From: Acetobacteraceae bacterium
Lineage (GTDB): Bacteria > Pseudomonadota > Alphaproteobacteria > Acetobacterales > Acetobacteraceae
Reading direction: 5' to 3'
Assembly: GCA_965218045.1 (NCBI GenBank)
Contig: CBDCJX010000007.1
Span: forward strand, 63,075 to 127,074
Length of the DNA stretch: 64,000 nt
Below are positions 8,698-16,056 of this stretch, piece by piece. The translations under genes were made by a program, and so were the position numbers. Below the pieces are notes generated by a model, which was given only the letters and a program-made list of their open reading frames with translations, searched no databases and had not been told where the DNA came from. Within the stretch, counting starts at the first letter, position 1, and the number at the start of each line of letters is the position of its first letter.

Positions 8698-9672
8698 ATG
8701 CGAAACTTCACCCTCGTTCGCCCGGATAGCGCGGGGGCCGCCTGCGCGGCGGCAGCCGAACAAGAGACCGCGTTCATTGCCGGCGGAACCGATCTTTTGC
8801 AACTTATCAAGCAGAACGTCGAGCGACCGGCCCGGCTGGTCGATCTCGATGGCTTGCTCGGCGAAACCGTGGAGGTGCGCCCGGAGGGGGTGCGCATCGG
8901 CGCCCTGGCACGCATGGCCGATGTCGCGGCGCATCCCGAGATCCGCCGCAACTACCGCGCGGTGTCGGAGTCGCTGCTTTCGGCGGCGTCGCCGCAGATC
9001 CGCAATATGGGCACTATCGGCGGCAATCTGCTGCAACGCACAAGGTGCAACTACTTCCGCGACCCCGGCTTCGCGGCGTGCAACAAGCGCGACCCCGGCT
9101 CGGGATGCGGCGCGCTGCATGGCGAGAACCGGCTGCTCGGCGTGCTCGGCACCAGCGATGCCTGTATCGCGACGCATCCCTCGGACATGCCGGTCGCGCT
9201 CGCCGCCCTCGACGCGATGCTGGAGTTGCAGGCTCCCGACGGCGCGCGCCGGACCGTCAAGCTGGTCGACCTCTATCGCCTGCCGGGCGACACGCCGCAC
9301 CTCGAGACCTCGCTGCGGCCGGGGGAACTGATCGCCGCGGTGCTGATCCCCGCCGGGGCCGCCGTCTCACGGTACTTGAAAATACGCGACCGCGCCAGCT
9401 TCGAGTTCGCGCTGGTCTCCTGCGCGGTGGCACTGGAGATCAGCGACGGGCACATCCAGGCCGCGCGCGTGGCGGTGGGCGGTGTGGCGCCGATGCCGTG
9501 GCGTCTGCCACAGGTGGAGGCCGCGCTGCACGGCCAGGCGGTCACCGCCGAGGCATTCGCCAAGGCGGCGGCGCGGGCCGCAGAAGACGCGCGGCCGGCG
9601 TCGCGCAATGGCTTCAAGGTGAAGCTGATGCACCGCGCCGTGCAGCGCGCGCTCGAGATCGCCGCGGCGTAG
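8698..9672 (+). CDS. FAD-binding subunit of a xanthine dehydrogenase-family oxidoreductase (PaoB-like)
   Basis: ATG at 8698, 2 nt after the upstream stop. FAD-binding motifs AFIAGGTDLLQL and IRNMGTIGGNLLQ. Has a CO dehydrogenase flavoprotein-like C-terminus. Confidence 0.85.
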   Translation: MRNFTLVRPDSAGAACAAAAEQETAFIAGGTDLLQLIKQNVERPARLVDLDGLLGETVEVRPEGVRIGALARMADVAAHPEIRRNYRAVSESLLSAASPQIRNMGTIGGNLLQRTRCNYFRDPGFAACNKRDPGSGCGALHGENRLLGVLGTSDACIATHPSDMPVALAALDAMLELQAPDGARRTVKLVDLYRLPGDTPHLETSLRPGELIAAVLIPAGAAVSRYLKIRDRASFEFALVSCAVALEISDGHIQAARVAVGGVAPMPWRLPQVEAALHGQAVTAEAFAKAAARAAEDARPASRNGFKVKLMHRAVQRALEIAAA

Positions 9673-9681
9673 GAGACGGTC

Positions 9682-11880
9682 ATGATCGTTGGACAACCTG
9701 TCGACCGTCGTGATGGCAAGCTGAAGGTGACCGGCCGGGCACGCTATGCCGCCGAGTTCCCGGTGCGGAACCTCGCGCACGCGGTGCTGGTGCAGAGCAC
9801 GATCGCTGCCGGGGCGGTGCTGGCCGTCGATGTCGGCGACGCAAAATCGCAGCCCGGCGTGCTGGCCGTCATCACGCCCGAGAACGCGCGCCACCTGCAA
9901 ACCAGGAAGGTGGCGCAGCAGACGGTCACCGCGCCACTGCTGCAGAACAACGAGATCGTCTACAACGGCCAGCACGTCGCCGTGGTGGTGGCCGACACCT
10001 TGGAGCGCGCGATCGAGGCGGCAACCCGGGTGCAGGTACGCTACCGGCAGGGCGAGGCGGTGACCCGGATGGATCAGGCGCTCGACCAGGCGCGGGTGCC
10101 GAAAAATTTCCGCAACGGCGAGCGTTCGCCCGACAGCAGCAGGGGCGACCCGGAAAGCGCCTTCGCGGCCGCCCCGGTGAAGATCGAGGCCACCTACACG
10201 ACGCCGATCGAGCACCACAATCCGATGGAGCCGCATGCCACGATCGCCGCGTGGGACGGCGATCGGCTCATGGTGTGGACCGCGACGCAGGGCATCAGCG
10301 GCGCGCAGACGACATTGGCCGGCCTGTTCGACGTCGACCCGGCCGGGGTGCGTGTCATCAGCCCGTATGTCGGCGGTGGCTTCGGCTGCAAAGGCAATAC
10401 TTGGCCACCGGCCACCTTGGCGGCGATGGCGGCGCGTATGGTCGGTCGGCCGGTCAAGCTCGTGCTGAGCCGCGAGCAGATGTACACCTCCAATGGCTAT
10501 CGGCCGCGCACGGTGCAGAAGCTCAAGCTGGGGGCGAAGTCCGACGGGACCTTGGTGGCGGTGCGTCACGACGGGTTTTCGCAGATGTCGCAGCCGGTGC
10601 TCGGGGAGTTCGTCGAGCCGGTCGCGCTTGCCACCGAGATGCTCTACGCGTGCCCCAATCTCGCCGTCAGCCACCGCATCGTGCCGGTGCATCAGGGGCT
10701 GCCGACCTACATGCGGGCGCCGGGTGAATCCACCGGCGTGTTCGCGCTCGAATCGGCGATGGACGAGCTGGCCATTGCCTTGCGGATGGACCCGATCGAG
10801 CTGCGGCTGCGGAACTATGCCGAGGAGGACCCGCACGAGGGCAAGAAGTTCAGCTCGAAGAAGTTGCGCGAGTGCTATGCCCAAGCGGCGGCGGCGTTCG
10901 ACTGGAGCCGACGTTCCCCCGAACCGCGATCGATGCGGGACGGGCGCTGGCTGGTCGGCCTCGGGATGGCGACCGCGACCTATCCGAACAATCGCTGGCC
11001 GGCGTCGGCGCGCGCGCGGCTCGGGGCCGACGGCATGGCGGTGGTGCAATCCGGCACGCAGGATATCGGCACCGGTACTTATACGGTGATGGCGCAGGTC
11101 GCCGCCGACGAGCTTGGCTTGCCGCTGTCGCGCGTGCGGTTCGAGCTGGGCGATACGCAATATCCCAAGGCGCCGGTCTCCGGCGGTTCGGCCACGGTGC
11201 CGAGCGTTTCGCCGGCCGTCGTGGCTGCTTGCGCCGCAGTCAAGGCGCGGCTGTTCAAGCTCGCGGTGTCGGATCGGCGGACCGGATGGCAGGGGGTGGC
11301 GCCCGACGCGCTGCGCTTCGAAGGTGGCGCGGTGATCGGGCCGGACGGGCGGGTGACGCTCGCCGAGCTGCTGGCCCGCCACGATCTCGAGTTCATCGAG
11401 GCGCAGGCGCATAGCCAGTCGGGCGGCGAGAAGCAGCACTATTCGCTGCACGCGTTCGGTGCGCAGTTCGCCGAGGTCAGGGTCGATCCCGACACGGGGG
11501 AGATCAGGCTGTCGCGCTATGTCGGCGCGTTCGACGCCGGGCGGGTGCTGAATGCCAAGACCGCGCGCAGCCAGCTCATGGGCGGCATAACCTATGGCAT
11601 CGGCATGGCGTTGCTGGAGGAGACCGCGGTCGACACCGAGACCGGCCGCATCGTCAACGCCAATCTCGCGGAATACCTGGTGCCGGTGAACGCCGACATC
11701 CCGCCGATCGAGACCATCCTGGTCGAGAATGACGATCGCGCCGGCAATCCGACAGGCGTGAAAGGGATCGGCGAGCTGCCGATGGTGGGCGCGGCGGCGG
11801 CAGTGGCAAACGCGGTTTGGCATGCAACCGGGGTGCGGGTGAGAGACCTGCCAATCCGCATCGAAGACGTGTTCGCCTGA
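9682..11880 (+). CDS. molybdopterin-binding catalytic subunit of a xanthine dehydrogenase-family aldehyde oxidoreductase (PaoC-like)
   Basis: 732 aa. Has YVGGGFGCKG, MRAPGE and GIGELP motifs of molybdenum hydroxylases. Gene order FeS-FAD-Moco is the same as paoABC. Confidence 0.88.
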   Translation: MIVGQPVDRRDGKLKVTGRARYAAEFPVRNLAHAVLVQSTIAAGAVLAVDVGDAKSQPGVLAVITPENARHLQTRKVAQQTVTAPLLQNNEIVYNGQHVAVVVADTLERAIEAATRVQVRYRQGEAVTRMDQALDQARVPKNFRNGERSPDSSRGDPESAFAAAPVKIEATYTTPIEHHNPMEPHATIAAWDGDRLMVWTATQGISGAQTTLAGLFDVDPAGVRVISPYVGGGFGCKGNTWPPATLAAMAARMVGRPVKLVLSREQMYTSNGYRPRTVQKLKLGAKSDGTLVAVRHDGFSQMSQPVLGEFVEPVALATEMLYACPNLAVSHRIVPVHQGLPTYMRAPGESTGVFALESAMDELAIALRMDPIELRLRNYAEEDPHEGKKFSSKKLRECYAQAAAAFDWSRRSPEPRSMRDGRWLVGLGMATATYPNNRWPASARARLGADGMAVVQSGTQDIGTGTYTVMAQVAADELGLPLSRVRFELGDTQYPKAPVSGGSATVPSVSPAVVAACAAVKARLFKLAVSDRRTGWQGVAPDALRFEGGAVIGPDGRVTLAELLARHDLEFIEAQAHSQSGGEKQHYSLHAFGAQFAEVRVDPDTGEIRLSRYVGAFDAGRVLNAKTARSQLMGGITYGIGMALLEETAVDTETGRIVNANLAEYLVPVNADIPPIETILVENDDRAGNPTGVKGIGELPMVGAAAAVANAVWHATGVRVRDLPIRIEDVFA

Positions 11881-12005
11881 CTGGCGCGATTTAGCGCTGG
11901 CTTTGGAAGCACCTCTCTTGGATAGTGTCGGAGAGTTTTACACCATTCTAGGGTTGTGCCAACCCATTTGAGTGCAAGTTATTGATTTAAGCGCAGGCGT
12001 AGTTT

Positions 12006-12021
12006 TGGCGCGGTTCTTGCG
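12006..12021 (+). promoter_or_regulatory. candidate sigma-54 (-24/-12) promoter for the PEP-CTERM gene
   Basis: TGGCGCG-gttc-TTGCG versus the consensus TGGCACG-N4-TTGCW. The GG-N10-GC spacing is exact. It lies about 70 nt upstream of ATG 12090. Confidence 0.4.
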
Positions 12022-12089
12022 ATCATATTCGCGTTGGGGTTGTTCCCAACGCTTCGGTGCTCGGGCAGCGATCGTATAGGCGGCATTTG

Positions 12090-12992
12090 ATGGGTCGATT
12101 GAGCGGACGTTTCTCGGCGGCCCTCGGCGGATTGGCGCTCGCCGCAGCGATCGCCCTCGGTGCGCCGTCGGCCGCTCTGGCCGGCCCGACCGTGGTCATG
12201 TTCAACCCCAACGCCGCCGGGCTCTCCACCCAGGGTGCCTTCCTGGCCGACAACTACTCGCTCTCCGACTTCACGTTTGCCACCATCACCAACCAGACCG
12301 GCCACTTCACCCAGACCGGCACCCTGCAGTTCAACACGTTCCTGCACGGCAGCACGACGTTGGCCTCGAGTGTGACCGGTCTGCGGAACGGGACGGGCGC
12401 GGACGCCTATGGGCTCTACATGACGTTCACCGCCACCGGTGAGTTGCCGGGCTTCGCGCCGGGCAGCGGCACCGCACCGCCGGCTCTGGTGGATGGGTTC
12501 TTTACCACCCTTAGCTACAGCCTGATCGGTGATCCAGGGAACCGGGACCGGGTAAGCGGGTTTGGGGCGCTCACCGATATCGGCAAGAACGACATCATCC
12601 TCGCGACCGGCGGGCTGGAGGGCGGCATCAACTCGGTGGGGATCAGCGGCTCCGGCGTGCCCTATGCCGATGTGTTGCTGACGCTTCTCACGAAGCCAGC
12701 CGGTGCAGCGTTCTTTGCTCGGCCTTCGGACCTGGCGTTCCAGGAAGCCTCGTTTGTGAATACGCGCAGCGTGGTGACCTTTAGCGGCAACGCCAGCTCC
12801 ACCTCGCTGAAGATCAACGGCGGCGGCGGCAACGGGACTTTTGCACCCGTCCCAGAGCCGGGGTCGTTGCTGATGCTGGGGTCGGGTCTGCTGGGCCTTG
12901 GCGTGCTCCGCCATGCGCGGAGATCGCGCCGGCTTGGGCGGACCCGCCGGACGAGTTCATCCCAGCGCGCATTTGCCGATCAGCAGGAGTGA
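12090..12992 (+). CDS. PEP-CTERM sorting domain-containing secreted protein
   Basis: Signal peptide MGRLSGRFSAALGGLALAAAIALGAPSAALA. C-terminal VPEPGSLLMLGSGLLGLGVLRHARRSRR has the PEP motif, a TM helix and a basic cluster. The ORF track start at 12057 is a GTG; ATG 12090 is preferred. Confidence 0.75.
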   Translation: MGRLSGRFSAALGGLALAAAIALGAPSAALAGPTVVMFNPNAAGLSTQGAFLADNYSLSDFTFATITNQTGHFTQTGTLQFNTFLHGSTTLASSVTGLRNGTGADAYGLYMTFTATGELPGFAPGSGTAPPALVDGFFTTLSYSLIGDPGNRDRVSGFGALTDIGKNDIILATGGLEGGINSVGISGSGVPYADVLLTLLTKPAGAAFFARPSDLAFQEASFVNTRSVVTFSGNASSTSLKINGGGGNGTFAPVPEPGSLLMLGSGLLGLGVLRHARRSRRLGRTRRTSSSQRAFADQQE

Positions 12993-14675
12993 CAGCAGCG
13001 CGCTCACTGCCTGCCAGAAACGCAGCGGATCGCGGCCGTAGAAGCTGACCTGCGCCGGCGCCGCCGCGGCCGCGGTCGCGCCGGACTCCAGCGCAAAGAC
13101 GAGTTCGACCAGATCCTCGAATCGGTCCTCCGTTCTGGCCGCCACCGCGCGCGCCAGAACATGGTCGAGCCAGGCGGGCAGGTCCGGCCGTTGGGTCAGC
13201 AACGAAGCCGGCCGGCCGAAGCGGGGACGCGAGAACGGCTCGATCTCGCCGTAGGGGTAGGTCCGGGCGAACATCCGATAGATCGTGACGCCGGTGGCGA
13301 ACAGATCGGATTGCTCGTCCCCCGACCCTCCGGCGAGCAGCTCCGGCGCCATGTAGCTCGGCGTGCCCGGCGTTTCGGCGCCCGACGCATCCTCCATGTT
13401 CGGCAGCCGGGCGACGCCAAGGTCGACCAGCCGTGGGCTGTCGCCGGCTTCGAGGATGATGTTTTCGGGCTTGATATCGCGATGCACGACGCCGGCTCGA
13501 TGCAGCGCCGCGACTGCCTTGGCCAGCTTGATCGCGATCGCCAGACCGACGGCGAGCGTCACGGCGGGCGAGCGGACCAGGCGCTGCTCCAGGGTCTCGC
13601 CGTGGTAATGCGGCATCACCGTGTAGAGGCAGGTCCGCCGTTGCCCCGGCACCTCGATCACCTCGCCGATCCAGGGGTTACGCAGCCGGGCCGCGATCCA
13701 CGCCTCGCGCAGGAAGGCTTGCCGCAGCACGCTGTCATCACCGGTGATCGGCTTGGGAAATTTAAGGATCACGTCGCGCTGGCCGACCCGATCGAACCCG
13801 GCGAACACGCGGCTGTATCTGCCGTCGGCCAGCATCGCGCGTAGCTCGAAATCGTCGACGCTCGATCCCGCGCGCGGCGGCGGCACGATCGGCTGTTCGG
13901 CGATGGCGAGCGCCAGGTCCGCCCGATCCGCCGGCGGCAGGTCCAGCATGTCGAGCACGAGGGCGGTGGCATTGTCGCCGATCCGCGCGTCGAGCGCCGC
14001 CTCGACGAGCTGGTGCGCCGTCTCCTCTGGTCCGGCGCGGCGGGCAAGCTCGGCGCGGATGCGCGCCTCCGACAGGCCGCCGTGCACGCCGTCGGTGCAC
14101 AGCAGGTAGCGGTCGTGCGGCCGGGCCGGCTCGAAGGCGTAGTCGATGCGCAAGTGATCCGGCGCGCCGATCGCGCGCGTGAGCCCGCCGCGCGCGACGT
14201 GATCGGTGGTGAGGCGGACCAGGGCATTGTCGCGCAGCCGATACAGCCGGCTGTCCCCGACATGGATCAGATGCGCCTGTCGCCCGCGCAGGATCAGCGC
14301 GGTGAAGGTGCAGGCCATCCCCTCGAGTGCCGCATCGGCGCTGCCGATCGCGCCGATCCAGCGATGGATCGCTTCGAGGCTGCGGGCGCTGGTGCGCTGC
14401 ACGGTTTGCAGCCCGTCCTGTCCGAAATAGCCGTCGATAAAGCCGCGCACGGCAAGCTCAGCAGCGACCCGGCCGCCACGCGCGCCGCCGACCCCGTCGG
14501 CAATGGCGGCGACCAACCCCGCATGCGCCTCGCCCGGTGGCGGGCTCGCGAAAGCAGCGAAATCCTCATTGCGCTCGCGCCCGCCGATGGCCGACGCGAA
14601 ACCGGGCCTGACATCGAGCCGGCCCTCCCGGGCAAAGGCCCGAGGCAAGGACGGCGCGGGTCCGCTTGGGCTCAT
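12957..14675 (-). CDS. bifunctional PP2C-family Ser/Thr phosphatase / Ser-Thr protein kinase, C-terminal membrane anchor
   Basis: N-terminal PP2C motifs: RERNEDF, AIADGVGG, VGDSRLY, LCTDGV, GDNATALV. C-terminal Hanks kinase motifs: VILKFPK Lys, HRDIKPENI, DLG, TPSYMAPE. A terminal hydrophobic helix is present (FWQAVSALLSLLLIG). Confidence 0.85.
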   Translation of the reverse strand: MSPSGPAPSLPRAFAREGRLDVRPGFASAIGGRERNEDFAAFASPPPGEAHAGLVAAIADGVGGARGGRVAAELAVRGFIDGYFGQDGLQTVQRTSARSLEAIHRWIGAIGSADAALEGMACTFTALILRGRQAHLIHVGDSRLYRLRDNALVRLTTDHVARGGLTRAIGAPDHLRIDYAFEPARPHDRYLLCTDGVHGGLSEARIRAELARRAGPEETAHQLVEAALDARIGDNATALVLDMLDLPPADRADLALAIAEQPIVPPPRAGSSVDDFELRAMLADGRYSRVFAGFDRVGQRDVILKFPKPITGDDSVLRQAFLREAWIAARLRNPWIGEVIEVPGQRRTCLYTVMPHYHGETLEQRLVRSPAVTLAVGLAIAIKLAKAVAALHRAGVVHRDIKPENIILEAGDSPRLVDLGVARLPNMEDASGAETPGTPSYMAPELLAGGSGDEQSDLFATGVTIYRMFARTYPYGEIEPFSRPRFGRPASLLTQRPDLPAWLDHVLARAVAARTEDRFEDLVELVFALESGATAAAAAPAQVSFYGRDPLRFWQAVSALLSLLLIGKCALG

Positions 14676-14837
14676 GAAGTTGTCATCCTACTAGGCATTC
14701 ATTGCTCTATCCTAAAGCATTTGCACTCATAAGAATCATTGTAAAAGCAGACAATACCGATATCCCTGCGGCTTGGGAGTTGTTTGCGCATTTATTATGC
14801 TTTATGCATTGGCCGCACACCAATCGCGGCCAGGCAG

Positions 14838-16049
14838 ATGATCAATCGTGCGTTTCTCCGGGCAGGCCATACCCCGACCTTGTTGGCCGCCTTCTTCTAC
14901 TTCGACATGAGCTTCATGGTCTGGGTGCTGCTCGGGCCGCTCGGCGTGCAGATCGGTCAGTCGCTGCACCTGAATGCCGGGCAGAAGGGCTTCATGGTCG
15001 CGGTGCCGGTGCTGGCCGGCGCGCTGCTGCGCCCGGTCAACGGCGTGCTGGTCGACCGGATCGGCCCGAAGCGCACCGGCATCATCGGGCAGGTCATCGT
15101 CATGCTGGCCCTGCTCCTGGCCTGGTTCCTCGGCGTGCACAGCTATGCGCAAGTCCTGCTGCTCGGCGTCATGCTCGGCGTGGCCGGCGCCTCGTTCGCG
15201 GTCGCGCTGCCGCTGGCCTCGCGCTGGTATCCGCCGGAGTACCAGGGCATCGCGCTCGGGATCGCCGGGGCGGGCAATTCGGGCACCGTGTTCGCGGCGC
15301 TGTTCGCGCCCGGTCTCGCGGTGGCGCTGGGGTGGAACGCGGTGCTCGGGCTCGCGGTGATCCCGCTGGCCGTGGCCTTCGCGGTCTATCTCGGTTGCGC
15401 GAAGGATGCGCCCAACCAGCCCGAACCGAAAAGCTTCGTCGAGTATCTCGCCGTCCTGCGGCTCGGCGATGCCTGGTGGTTCATGTTCTTCTACGCCGTG
15501 ACGTTCGGCGGCTTCTCCGGCCTGGCCTCGTCGCTGACCATCTACTTCAACGCGGAATATGGGCTGAGCCCGGTCACCGCCGGCTACTTCACCGCGGCCT
15601 GCGTGTTCGCCGGTTCGATGATGCGACCGATCGGCGGCGCGCTGGCCGATCGCATCGGCGGCGTGCGCTCGCTCACTTTTCTCTACATCATCACCGCGGT
15701 GGCGCTCGCCGCGGTCAGTTTCCGTCCGGCGCAATCCTGGGTGGCACTAGCGCTGTTCGTGGTCGGCATGCTCGCCCTCGGCACCGGCAACGGCGCCGTG
15801 TTCCAGCTCGTGCCGCAGCGGTTCCGTCGCGAGATCGGAGTAATGACCGGCCTGGTCGGCATGACCGGCGGGATCGGCGGCTTCTATCTTGCCTCCAGTC
15901 TCGGTTTCTCGAAGCAGCTCACTGGCAGCTATCAGGCGGGCCTGCTGGTGTTTGCTCTCCTCGCGGTGCTGGCCGTGGTCGGCCTCACCTCCATCAAGTC
16001 ACGCTGGCGGACCACCTGGGGTGCCACGCTTGGCGCCGCGCGGATCTGA
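14838..16049 (+). CDS. narK: MFS nitrate/nitrite transporter (NarK/NasA family)
   Basis: 12-TM MFS protein with NNP signatures (GIAGAGNSGT and GMTGGIGGFY). Lies immediately upstream of the assimilatory nitrate reductase gene. ATG 14838 is preferred over the ORF start at 14784. Confidence 0.85.
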   Translation: MINRAFLRAGHTPTLLAAFFYFDMSFMVWVLLGPLGVQIGQSLHLNAGQKGFMVAVPVLAGALLRPVNGVLVDRIGPKRTGIIGQVIVMLALLLAWFLGVHSYAQVLLLGVMLGVAGASFAVALPLASRWYPPEYQGIALGIAGAGNSGTVFAALFAPGLAVALGWNAVLGLAVIPLAVAFAVYLGCAKDAPNQPEPKSFVEYLAVLRLGDAWWFMFFYAVTFGGFSGLASSLTIYFNAEYGLSPVTAGYFTAACVFAGSMMRPIGGALADRIGGVRSLTFLYIITAVALAAVSFRPAQSWVALALFVVGMLALGTGNGAVFQLVPQRFRREIGVMTGLVGMTGGIGGFYLASSLGFSKQLTGSYQAGLLVFALLAVLAVVGLTSIKSRWRTTWGATLGAARI

Positions 16050-16056
16050 GGCACGG

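Noticed and set aside
9367-11823. 818-aa minus-strand ORF
   Set aside because: It is antisense to the PaoC-like Moco subunit. Its composition is biased (R, H, G, D, P) with no recognisable domain. High-GC artefact.
14774-14790. TGGGAGTTGTTTGCG, a sigma-54-like element upstream of narK
   Set aside because: The GG-to-GC spacing is 9 (or 8) nt rather than 10. It is attractive biologically (NtrC control) but does not fit.
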